Shown piece by piece: positions 55,073-64,000 of a stretch of 64,000 nucleotides of DNA (its first letter is position 1; the number at the start of each line of letters is the position of its first letter). Location of the stretch: the NCBI RefSeq assembly GCF_049075655.1, contig NZ_CP157522.1:416001-480000 (forward strand), written 5' to 3'. This DNA comes from Methanothermococcus sp. Ax23 (GTDB lineage: Archaea > AGJL01 > Methanococci > Methanococcales > Methanococcaceae). Position numbers and translations under genes: made by a program. Below the pieces are notes generated by a model, which did no database searches, was not told the DNA's origin, and saw nothing but the letters and a program-made list of their open reading frames with translations.

Positions 55073-56776
55073 ATGGTAAAGATAACAGATACCACTTTTA
55101 GAGATGCACACCAGTCCTTAATGGCTACAAGATTGAGAACTGAAGATATGATACCAATTGCAGAAAAAATGGACGAAGTGGGCTTTTTTTCAATGGAAGT
55201 GTGGGGAGGAGCCACATTTGACGCCTGTATTAGATATTTAAATGAAGACCCTTGGGAGAGATTAAGGTCTCTGAGAAAGCGAATTCAAAATACTCCCTTG
55301 CAGATGCTTTTAAGAGGTCAAAATTTAGTAGGATATAGACATTATCCTGATGATATTGTAGAAAAGTTTGTTCAAAAATCCTATGAAAATGGAATAGAAA
55401 TATTCAGGATATTCGATGCATTAAATGATATGAGAAATGTGGAAATTCCAATAAAAGTTGCAAAAAAATGTGGAGCTCATGTTCAAGGTGCAATATCCTA
55501 TACCACAAGTCCTGTTCATACAATAGAGCAATTTGTAAATCTTGCAAAGGAGTTTGAAGAACTTGGATGTGATTCCATCTGTATAAAAGATATGGCCGGT
55601 CTCCTAAAACCTTATGAATCAAAAATACTTATAAATAGATTAAAAGAAGAAGTTTCAATCCCAATAGACCTTCACAGCCATTGCACAAGTGGAATTGCTC
55701 CACTTACATATTTAGCAGCAATTGAAGCTGGTGTTGATGTGGTAGATTGTGCAATGTCTCCGTTATCAATGGGAACGGCACAACCACCAGTTGAAAGTAT
55801 TGTAGCAGCATTAAAAGGGACCAAATTTGATACAAAATTGGACATGGAATTATTAAATGAAATTAGAGATTACTTTGATAAAATCAGAGAAAAATACAAG
55901 TATTTAATAAATCCAATCTCTGAAAGAGTAGATACAAGGATTTTATTATATCAAGTTCCTGGAGGTATGCTCTCAAACCTTGTTTCACAGTTGAAAGAAC
56001 AGGGAGCTCTGGATAAATTCGAAGAAGTTCTTAAAGAAATTCCAAATGTTAGAAAAGATTTGGGATATCCGCCGCTGGTAACTCCATCATCTCAAATAGT
56101 GGGAACTCAGGCTGTAATGAATGTATTAACGGAAGAAAGATACAAAATAATTACAAACGAAGTTGCAAATTATGTAAAAGGACTTTATGGAAAACCACCT
56201 GCTCCAATTAGTAAGGAGCTCGTGAAGAGAGTTCTTCAAGATGGTGAAAAACCTATTACATGCAGACCTGCTGATTTATTAAAGCCAGAATATGAAAAGG
56301 TAAAAGAAGAGGCTGAGAAAAAAGGTATAGTGTCAAAAGAAGAGGATATATTAACATATGCACTTTACCCACAGGTTGCAGTTAAGTTCCTAAGAGGAGA
56401 ATTGGAAGCTGAGGTAATACCTGAGGAAAAAGAAGTTTCTAAATTTATGGAAATTCCAACAGAATATATTATCGAAGTTGATGGGGAAGCATACGAAGTT
56501 AAAATTAACCCAAAATACGGAACTGAAATGAAGAAGAAAAAAGAGAAATTCACCGCAGAAACAGAAGGGGCAATATCGTCTCCATTTAGAGGAATGATTA
56601 CTAAAATAAAAGTTAAAGAAGGAGATGAAGTAAAACAGGGCGATGTAATTGTTATATTGGAGGCAATGAAGATGGAAAACCCTGTTGAAAGTCCAGTAGA
56701 TGGAAAGGTTGAAAAAATAATCGTTCATGAAGGGCAGTCCGTCAATGTGGGCGACATACTTATGATAATTAAATAG
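55073..56776 (+). CDS. pycB: pyruvate carboxylase subunit B (carboxyltransferase + biotin carrier)
   Basis: RDAHQS, WGGATFD, IKDMAG, HSH, LEAMKME. Confidence 0.95.
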   Translation: MVKITDTTFRDAHQSLMATRLRTEDMIPIAEKMDEVGFFSMEVWGGATFDACIRYLNEDPWERLRSLRKRIQNTPLQMLLRGQNLVGYRHYPDDIVEKFVQKSYENGIEIFRIFDALNDMRNVEIPIKVAKKCGAHVQGAISYTTSPVHTIEQFVNLAKEFEELGCDSICIKDMAGLLKPYESKILINRLKEEVSIPIDLHSHCTSGIAPLTYLAAIEAGVDVVDCAMSPLSMGTAQPPVESIVAALKGTKFDTKLDMELLNEIRDYFDKIREKYKYLINPISERVDTRILLYQVPGGMLSNLVSQLKEQGALDKFEEVLKEIPNVRKDLGYPPLVTPSSQIVGTQAVMNVLTEERYKIITNEVANYVKGLYGKPPAPISKELVKRVLQDGEKPITCRPADLLKPEYEKVKEEAEKKGIVSKEEDILTYALYPQVAVKFLRGELEAEVIPEEKEVSKFMEIPTEYIIEVDGEAYEVKINPKYGTEMKKKKEKFTAETEGAISSPFRGMITKIKVKEGDEVKQGDVIVILEAMKMENPVESPVDGKVEKIIVHEGQSVNVGDILMIIK

Positions 56777-56896
56777 ATAAATAATTAAAAATTATAGCTA
56801 AAATAACTACTCATTTATTAAATACTTATTAATTAAATACCCATTATCTATTTTATAAAGTAAAAACCATAAAAAATAATAAGCATGGGGATTATC

Positions 56897-58423
56897 ATGT
56901 TTAAAAAAGTATTAATAGCCAATAGAGGCGAAATTGCTGTTAGAATTATAAGGGCATGTCAAGAGCTCGGAATAAAAACTGTTGCAGTATATTCCGAGGC
57001 TGATGAACATTCACTATATACCACCCTTGCCGATGAATGTTATTGCATAGGACCACCACAGGCTTCAAAAAGCTATTTAAACATTGATAGAATCATGAAT
57101 ATTGCAGAAAAAACTGGGGCAGATGCTATACACCCAGGATATGGGTTCTTATCGGAAAACCCAAAACTTGCCGAAGCTTGCGAAGAGAGGGGTATTGTAT
57201 TTATAGGACCCCCAGTTGAGGCAATAGAATCCATGGGAAGTAAGATAAACGCAAAGAGAATAATGAAAGAGGCTGGTGTTCCGGTTTTACCAGGTAGAGA
57301 AGACCCAATAGAAGACCCTAATGAAGTAATAGAAGTTGCAGAGGAAATAGGCTACCCCGTCATAATCAAAGCCTCCGCAGGTGGTGGAGGTATGGGTATG
57401 GGTGTAGCATACAATAGACAGGAGCTCATAGAAACCATCGAATCCACAAAGTCAATAGCTCAAAGTGCATTTGGAGATTCCACAGTATTTATTGAAAAAT
57501 ACTTAGAAAAACCAAGGCATATTGAAATCCAGATTTTAGCGGATAAATATGGAAATGTAGTTCATTTAGGAGATAGGGAGTGTTCAATTCAAAGAAGGCA
57601 TCAAAAATTAGTTGAAGAGGCTCCTGCTCCAATAATGACAGAAGAATTAAGGGCAAGAATGGGAGAAGCCGCAGTAAAAGCTGCAAAGGCTATTAATTAT
57701 TACAGTGCTGGAACTGTGGAGTTTTTATACAGCAATGGAGAATTCTATTTCTTGGAGATGAACACGAGAGTTCAGGTAGAGCACCCAATTACTGAAATTA
57801 TTACAGGATGCGATATTGTAAAAGAGCAGATAAGAATAGCAGCAGGCGAGAAACTCTCCTTCACCCAGGAGGATGTGGAAATTAGAGGGCATGCCATAGA
57901 ATGTAGAATAAATGCAGAGGATGCGGTAAATGATTTTATACCATCTCCTGGAAAAATAAAACATTACAGGTCACCAGGAGGTCCTGGAATAAGGTTAGAC
58001 AGTGGAGTTTATGGCGGTGCAGAAATACCACCATATTACGATTCCCTTATAGCCAAACTTATAGCCTATGGAAAGGATAGAAACGAGGCAATAGCAAGAA
58101 TGAGGAGAGCTCTATCTGAATATATGATTATCGGTATAACCACCAACATTCCATTCCACAGAGCAGTTATGGAAGAGTCGGATTTTATAAAAGGAGATAT
58201 ATCTACACACTATATTGACGACCATGCGGAATATTTGAAAAATAAAGTAATTAAATATGCAATGGAAGCAAAAGACGACGAAAAAAGATACAGCGATAAA
58301 ATATTCCACGACGATAGAAAAATTGTGGCTCTTGCAGGAGGATTAAATGCCTACATTACAAGCATTGCAAGTAAAAATGTTGATAAATACGATAAAAAAT
58401 ACTCTGAGGACTATAAAGATTAA
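56897..58423 (+). CDS. pycA: pyruvate carboxylase subunit A (biotin carboxylase)
   Basis: [41 protein letters not shown]. Confidence 0.95.
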   Translation: MFKKVLIANRGEIAVRIIRACQELGIKTVAVYSEADEHSLYTTLADECYCIGPPQASKSYLNIDRIMNIAEKTGADAIHPGYGFLSENPKLAEACEERGIVFIGPPVEAIESMGSKINAKRIMKEAGVPVLPGREDPIEDPNEVIEVAEEIGYPVIIKASAGGGGMGMGVAYNRQELIETIESTKSIAQSAFGDSTVFIEKYLEKPRHIEIQILADKYGNVVHLGDRECSIQRRHQKLVEEAPAPIMTEELRARMGEAAVKAAKAINYYSAGTVEFLYSNGEFYFLEMNTRVQVEHPITEIITGCDIVKEQIRIAAGEKLSFTQEDVEIRGHAIECRINAEDAVNDFIPSPGKIKHYRSPGGPGIRLDSGVYGGAEIPPYYDSLIAKLIAYGKDRNEAIARMRRALSEYMIIGITTNIPFHRAVMEESDFIKGDISTHYIDDHAEYLKNKVIKYAMEAKDDEKRYSDKIFHDDRKIVALAGGLNAYITSIASKNVDKYDKKYSEDYKD

Positions 58424-58604
58424 CTATAAAGATTAATTAACAATAATTATTTATTTTTTTATTTACAATTTCTTTTTTATGTGATGTTTTTTAATGTTTC
58501 TAAATGGATATTTTTATATATTCTTAATCTTATTTTATTATAATAATACATTATGATGGATAATTTATAATTTAAAATTGGAGTTTATAAGTGGTGATAA
58601 AAGG

Positions 58605-59906
58605 ATGACAATTGTTGATAGAGCTCATGAGTATCTTGAAAAAATTGAAAAATCAGACATAAATGCATACATACAAATTGATAAAGAGAGAGTTTTAAAA
58701 GAAGCGGAAGAGCTGGAAAAAAACGAGAAATTAAAAAACAAACCACTTTATGGAAAATTAATCGCTGTTAAATCAAATATAAATGTTAAAGGATACACAA
58801 TATCCTGTGCTTCAAAAACTCTTGAAAACTATGTGAGCTCCTACGATGCCACGGTGATTAAAAAGATAAAATCACAAGGGGGGCTTGTAATTGGAATGAC
58901 CAATATGGATGAGTTTGCAAGCGGAAGCAGTGGTGAAACATCCTATTACGGAGCTACAAAAAACCCAAACGCAGAAGGTAGAATTCCAGGAGGTAGTAGT
59001 TCAGGAAGTGCCGCCGCAGTAGCTGCTGATTTATGCGATATGGCACTTGGAAGCGATACAGGGGGAAGTATAAGAAACCCTGCATCACACTGTGGTGTTG
59101 TTGGATTTAAACCATCATACGGCGTAGTAAGCAGACAGGGATTATGCGACCTTGCAATGAGTTTTGACCAGATTGGACCTTTAACAAAAAGTGCAGAGGA
59201 TGCCCTTGTTTTAACAAATGTAATTAAAGGATTGGATATTTCAGACAGCACAACGGTAAATACTCCAAAATTCGAAAAGAAAGACATAGGAAATTATAAA
59301 ATCGGAATTGTAAAGGAATTCATGGAAGTTAGCGATGAAAAAATAAGAAACAAGATTGAAGAAGGTATCGAGGTATTTAAAGACCTTGGATGCGAAATTG
59401 TGGAATTAAGCTATAAATACACCGATTTGGCACTTCCTACATACTACTTAATAAATTATGTGGAGTTCTTCTCGGCAACAAGAAAATACGATGGAAGAAG
59501 ATATGGATATCCAATTGAGGAAGCGTGTGGTGAGGAAGTTTTAAGAAGAATTCTAATTGGAAAGCACATAAGTGAAAAAGAATTCAGCGGAAAATACTAT
59601 AAAAAAGCATTGCAGGCAAGAAGGTTAATGAAGATGGATATGTTAAAGCTCTTTAAGGAAGTTGATATCATTGCATCACCAACAGTTCCAAAACTTCCAC
59701 ACAAGATAGGGGAGGAGCTCACCCCAATGGAAATGTATGCCTACGATGTTTTAACAGTTCCTACAAATATCTGTGGAATATGTGCAGGAGTTGTTAAATG
59801 TGGAGATATAAACGGCATTCCAGTTGGATTGCAGATTCAAGGAAAGCCATTTGACGATGAAAAGGTATTAAGTGCTATGATTGAGTTAGACAAAATCACA
59901 AGGTGA
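58605..59906 (+). CDS. gatA: Asp/Glu-tRNA amidotransferase subunit A
   Basis: Amidase signature TNMDEFA, PGGSSSGSAAAV, GSDTGGSIRNPA; ATG 58605 after GGTGA. Confidence 0.95.
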   Translation: MTIVDRAHEYLEKIEKSDINAYIQIDKERVLKEAEELEKNEKLKNKPLYGKLIAVKSNINVKGYTISCASKTLENYVSSYDATVIKKIKSQGGLVIGMTNMDEFASGSSGETSYYGATKNPNAEGRIPGGSSSGSAAAVAADLCDMALGSDTGGSIRNPASHCGVVGFKPSYGVVSRQGLCDLAMSFDQIGPLTKSAEDALVLTNVIKGLDISDSTTVNTPKFEKKDIGNYKIGIVKEFMEVSDEKIRNKIEEGIEVFKDLGCEIVELSYKYTDLALPTYYLINYVEFFSATRKYDGRRYGYPIEEACGEEVLRRILIGKHISEKEFSGKYYKKALQARRLMKMDMLKLFKEVDIIASPTVPKLPHKIGEELTPMEMYAYDVLTVPTNICGICAGVVKCGDINGIPVGLQIQGKPFDDEKVLSAMIELDKITR

Positions 59907-59940
59907 TTTTGTTGCTCGCTTGCGTAGCAAGCGATTCGAA
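59886..59940 (+). repeat. two-hairpin mini-element overlapping the gatA stop codon
   Basis: ACAAAATCAC-AAG-GTGATTTTGT then TCGCTTGC-GTA-GCAAGCGA. Confidence 0.8.
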
Positions 59941-60045
59941 AATAATTATTAAATTATATAAATTATTAAATTAATTGAAAATACCTATAATTTTTTTATA
60001 ACTATCATTACATCCTTTTTTTAGAAAAATTAAAAAGGCAAAAAC

Positions 60046-61212
60046 ATGACCATGAATGAAAAAGAGGTTTTGGATGCATTAAAAAAATATCGGGAAATGG
60101 ATTTAAAATATGAGGACGGCAGAATATTAGGTTCCATGTGCACAAAACCCCACCCCATTTCAAAAAAAATAAGTGAAATGTTCTTTGAAACTAATTTAGG
60201 AGACCCTGGGCTATTCAAAGGAACAAAAAAATTAGAGGACGAAGTAATACAAATGATGGGGAATTTTTTAAATAACAACAATCCATTTGGATATATAATA
60301 TCCGGTGGAACAGAGGCAAATATCACCGCCATGAGAACCATAAAAAATATTTCAAGAAAAAAAGGCAATAAAACCACTACGGTAATAATTCCTGAAACTG
60401 CACACTTTTCATTTGAAAAAGCAAGAGAAATGATGGATTTACAGTATATAAAGCCCCCATTGACCGATTACTATACAATGGATGTAAAATATATTAAAGA
60501 TTACATTGAAGATAATAAAAACAATAAAATAGATGCAATAGTTGGTATAGCAGGATGCACAGAACTGGGAACCATTGATAACATAAAGGCAATTTCAAAA
60601 CTGGCTGAGGAAAATAGCATATATCTTCATGTAGATGCCGCATTTGGTGGTTTTGTAATACCGTTTTTAGAGGATAAATATAAATTAAACAATTATAACT
60701 ATGAATTCGATTTTTCATTAAATGCCGTATCATCCATTACAATAGACCCACACAAAATGGGACTTGCACCAATTCCTGCTGGTGGGATACTATTTAGGGA
60801 CATTTCATTTAAAAAATATTTAGATGTTGAAGCGCCCTATTTAACGGATATTCATCAGGCAACACTAATTGGAACAAGAACAGGTATTGGCGTGGCATCC
60901 ACATGGGGCGTAATGAAACTTTTAGGGGAAGAAGGATATAAAAACATAGTATCCGAATGTATGGATAAAACCTATTACTTAATAAAAAAAGCAAAGGAGT
61001 ATGGATTTAAACCTGTAATAGACCCCGTTCTTAATATTGTGGCTTTGGAGGATGAAAATCCATCAGAAACATGTTTAAAACTTCGTGAAATAGGATGGTA
61101 TGTATCAATATGCAAATGTGTAGGAGCTCTCAGAATAATAGTGATGCCACATATAGAAAAAGAACATATTGATGAATTTGTAGAAGCTCTCGCGAGCGTT
61201 AAAAAGAATTAA
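60046..61212 (+). CDS. mfnA: tyrosine/aspartate decarboxylase MfnA
   Basis: [36 protein letters not shown]. Confidence 0.95.
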   Translation: MTMNEKEVLDALKKYREMDLKYEDGRILGSMCTKPHPISKKISEMFFETNLGDPGLFKGTKKLEDEVIQMMGNFLNNNNPFGYIISGGTEANITAMRTIKNISRKKGNKTTTVIIPETAHFSFEKAREMMDLQYIKPPLTDYYTMDVKYIKDYIEDNKNNKIDAIVGIAGCTELGTIDNIKAISKLAEENSIYLHVDAAFGGFVIPFLEDKYKLNNYNYEFDFSLNAVSSITIDPHKMGLAPIPAGGILFRDISFKKYLDVEAPYLTDIHQATLIGTRTGIGVASTWGVMKLLGEEGYKNIVSECMDKTYYLIKKAKEYGFKPVIDPVLNIVALEDENPSETCLKLREIGWYVSICKCVGALRIIVMPHIEKEHIDEFVEALASVKKN

Positions 61213-61262
61213 TAAAAAAATTAAAATTAAAAAAATAATTTTTTTATTACTTATTATTTAAT

Positions 61263-61745
61263 TTATTCATTAAAGTATTCGTCGTATTCTCCGTTATCGA
61301 TTAATTTATGAACTTCCTTAGGGTCTTTACCATCAACAGTTACACCCAATGAAACACAGGTTCCAATTACTTCTTTTGCAGCATTTTTCAAGTTGTATGA
61401 TAACATTGATTCTCTTTTCATTTTTGCAATTTTCACTGCCTGCTCCATTGAGAGGTTGCCTACTATTTTATGTTTTGGTTCTGTTGAACCCTTGTCAAGC
61501 CCTAATTCTTTTTTTATGAGGGCTGATGTTGGTGGAATACCCACTTCTACTTCAAAGGATTTATCATCTGTATTTACAATTACTTTTACTGGAACGCTCA
61601 TTCCTTCATAATCCTTTGTTTTGTCGTTTATTTCCTTAACAACATTCATAATATTTACGCCAAGCGGTCCGATTGCTGGACCTAATGGTGGCCCTGCTGT
61701 TGCTTTTCCACCAGTTACTAATATCTCAACTATCTCAGTAGCCAT
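61263..61745 (-). CDS. rpl11p: 50S ribosomal protein L11
   Basis: [25 protein letters not shown]. Confidence 0.97.
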   Translation of the reverse strand: MATEIVEILVTGGKATAGPPLGPAIGPLGVNIMNVVKEINDKTKDYEGMSVPVKVIVNTDDKSFEVEVGIPPTSALIKKELGLDKGSTEPKHKIVGNLSMEQAVKIAKMKRESMLSYNLKNAAKEVIGTCVSLGVTVDGKDPKEVHKLIDNGEYDEYFNE

Positions 61746-61937
61746 TATATTCACCTCAATTTACATCGTGTTTATAAATTAAAACTTACATATTTAACTT
61801 TTTAATCTTATTGTCCATATCTGTATTTAAAACTTACTATGTATCTTTTAAAAAAAGATGCAATTATAAATAAATAATTACTAAATGATGATTACATTAA
61901 GGAGGGAATCATATATGATAATTTTTATGTGTTATAT

Positions 61938-62378
61938 TTAATGATTCTTAGATACAATTTTAACCTGTTCAATTCCAACAGTTATAGGAATAGGCACTGC
62001 GGCGTCCATTAACTCCAATGTTATTTCTTCTTTATGCTTATCTACTCTTGTGACTCTCGCCCTCTCTCCCTTAAATGGTCCTGCAACCAATTCTACTACA
62101 TCTCCCTTATCGATGCTTTCTATTATCTTTGTTGGAGCCAGTAGATGTTCCAATTCATCTATTGAAGTTTCACCAGGGACGATACCCTTTACTTTAAATG
62201 TTTTTCTTACCAAATCTTCAACTGCTCCTTTGTTTGGGGCTTCCACAAGAATATACCCCTTTAAATCTTCTGTTGCTAGTATAGAATATATTTCAATCTT
62301 TTCTTTTTCAGCCTTTGAGGCTAAAAACTCTGCAACATTTTTTTCTTGACCCGTAGTGGTTCTAACGGCAAAAATCAT
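61938..62378 (-). CDS. spt5: transcription elongation factor Spt5
   Basis: NGN domain (IFAVRTTTGQE, GYILVEA) and KOW (GDVVELVAGPFKGE). Confidence 0.96.
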   Translation of the reverse strand: MIFAVRTTTGQEKNVAEFLASKAEKEKIEIYSILATEDLKGYILVEAPNKGAVEDLVRKTFKVKGIVPGETSIDELEHLLAPTKIIESIDKGDVVELVAGPFKGERARVTRVDKHKEEITLELMDAAVPIPITVGIEQVKIVSKNH

Positions 62379-62406
62379 AATATATCACCAGATTAAATGA
62401 TAAAAA

Positions 62407-62460
62407 TTAGACGAAAACCTTCGGTTTTCGTTTACTCGCTTATTTCGTAAGCGATTAGAA
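62407..62460 (+). repeat. two-hairpin mini-element between secE and spt5
   Basis: TTAG-ACGAAAACC-TTC-GGTTTTCGT then TCGCTTA-TTTCG-TAAGCGATT. Confidence 0.8.
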
Positions 62461-62583
62461 TAAAAACTTTTAAAATAGAATTAAAAAATCTTTAAAATAA
62501 ATAGTTGTTAATTATATATAATTTAATTTATTAAAAGAATCTATAAAATTTTATTAAAAAATGTTTGATATATTATATATATC

Positions 62584-62835
62584 TTATGGTTTTATGAGTC
62601 CTTTTAAATAAGTAATTGGTACATGTATTACAAAACCGATAGCACCAAGAAGGCATATTCCAAGACCTGTAACTTTGGATACATTCAAAAATTCATCCCT
62701 AGTAGGTTTTCTTGAAATCATCAACACTCGTTTACATTGATTTAAAAATGATTTCAATTCATCAAATTTAGCATTTATTTTTGCATTATTGATGTTATTA
62801 ATATTATTATTAGAATTTTTTTTCTCTTTTGCCAC
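62584..62835 (-). CDS. secE: protein translocase subunit SecE/Sec61 gamma
   Basis: RVLMISRKPTRDEF..KVTGLGI..GAIGFVI. Confidence 0.93.
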   Translation of the reverse strand: MAKEKKNSNNNINNINNAKINAKFDELKSFLNQCKRVLMISRKPTRDEFLNVSKVTGLGICLLGAIGFVIHVPITYLKGLIKP

Positions 62836-62855
62836 GATACCCCTCTATATATTAA

Positions 62856-63947
62856 TTAAATTGTTGGAAGGTCAATAAACACTTTCTTAGTGCCCTTTGG
62901 AGAATTAAATGGAGTTATTCCAGAAGACTTCGTTCCGGTAATTATCAGCAATACTCTCAATACGTTCTCAGAATTTTCGTCAATTGTTGTTCCCCAAATT
63001 ATTTTTGCATTCTCATCCAATCTTTCTGAAACTGTTGAAACTATTTCTTTTGCTTCTTCAAGACTCATATCCTCAGGACCAGTTATATGCACTAATGCAC
63101 CAGAAGCCCCATCTACATCAACACATAGTAAAGGACTATTTAAAGCCATGTTTATAGCTTCTTTCGCCCTCTTCTCAGAATCACTTTCGCCAATTCCCAT
63201 CATTGCTATACCGCCATTGCTCATTACTGCCCTCACATCTGCGAAATCTACGTGTATGTCTCCAACATTCTGAACTAAATCTATCATTCCCTTTACCGAA
63301 TTTATTAAAACCTCATCTGCAACTTTAAACGCTGTCCTCAAAGGCATATTCGGAACTATCTCCAATAATTTATCATTTGGAATAATCACAATTGTGTCTG
63401 CTGCTTCTTTCAATTTATTCAGTCCAGTAATTGCATTATCCATCCTAACTTTTCCTTCCATTGAAAACGGCAGTGTAACTACTGCAACAGTTAATGCACC
63501 CATTTTTCTAGATATTTCTGCCACAATTGGGGCTGAACCAGTTCCTGTTCCTCCACCTAAACCGCATGTGATGAATACCATATCCGAATCTTGAAGTGCT
63601 TTTTTAACATCCTCAGCATTCTCTTTTGCGGATTCCTCACCCTTAGTTGGGTCTCCACCAGCACCCAATCCTCTTGTAAGATTTTTACCTATCAATACCT
63701 TTTCATCCGCTTTGGTTTTTATCAACTGCTGAGCATCAGTATTTATTGCTACGGTTTTTGCATCTTTGATTCCTTCAATTGTAAGCCTGTTTATAGCATT
63801 ATTTCCTGCACCGCCGCATCCTACTACGGTAATCCGAACTTTTGATTCTTTTATCAACTCCAAAAGTTCTCTATCAACATCGGAGAGATTCTGCATATCT
63901 TCATGCAATGGATCATCTTCAACCACTATATTCTTTAAGAATTTCAA
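62856..63947 (-). CDS. ftsZ: cell division protein FtsZ
   Basis: GCGGAGNN, GLGAGG, GGGTGTG, DFADV; TTG start after GGAGG. Confidence 0.98.
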   Translation of the reverse strand: MKFLKNIVVEDDPLHEDMQNLSDVDRELLELIKESKVRITVVGCGGAGNNAINRLTIEGIKDAKTVAINTDAQQLIKTKADEKVLIGKNLTRGLGAGGDPTKGEESAKENAEDVKKALQDSDMVFITCGLGGGTGTGSAPIVAEISRKMGALTVAVVTLPFSMEGKVRMDNAITGLNKLKEAADTIVIIPNDKLLEIVPNMPLRTAFKVADEVLINSVKGMIDLVQNVGDIHVDFADVRAVMSNGGIAMMGIGESDSEKRAKEAINMALNSPLLCVDVDGASGALVHITGPEDMSLEEAKEIVSTVSERLDENAKIIWGTTIDENSENVLRVLLIITGTKSSGITPFNSPKGTKKVFIDLPTI

Positions 63948-64000
63948 AGTATTACCTCCTAATGGTTATAACCTTATATACTTGATAATTATATTATGAC

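Overview
AT-rich (roughly 30% GC by eye) archaeal chromosome segment from a Methanococcales methanogen (Methanococcus/Methanothermococcus-like), judged from gene content and GGTGA ribosome-binding sites. Most of it is housekeeping: thiI, thi4, MCR glutamine methyltransferase-like radical SAM, rpl3-4-23-2-rps19, argJ, bipartite selU, ribK-ribB-ribC, cdc48, hemB, eIF5A, aIF2a-nop10, pycBA, gatA, mfnA, ftsZ-secE-spt5-rpl11 and three tRNAs. The accessory features are: (1) a 15-kb minus-strand cell-surface locus (25.0-40.3 kb) whose three large secreted proteins share a terminal domain ending in (V/I)GI(D/N)P, with a membrane-anchored winged-HTH regulator cut from its signal peptide by an IS and a ~270-nt nested-helix leader upstream; (2) modular mini-elements built from C-NNN-G triloop hairpins, found behind two tRNAs (each with a duplicated tRNA 3' end), inside a tnpB gene, inside an IS end and over the gatA stop codon; (3) about 70 copies of the palindrome GAGCTC counted by eye, against about 4 expected; (4) two solo tnpB (IS200/IS605-type) elements; (5) a split YedE/DUF3343/kinase operon; and (6) a K-turn-rich small RNA candidate at 53.15-53.31 kb. 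All calls come from reading the sequence; no searches were run.
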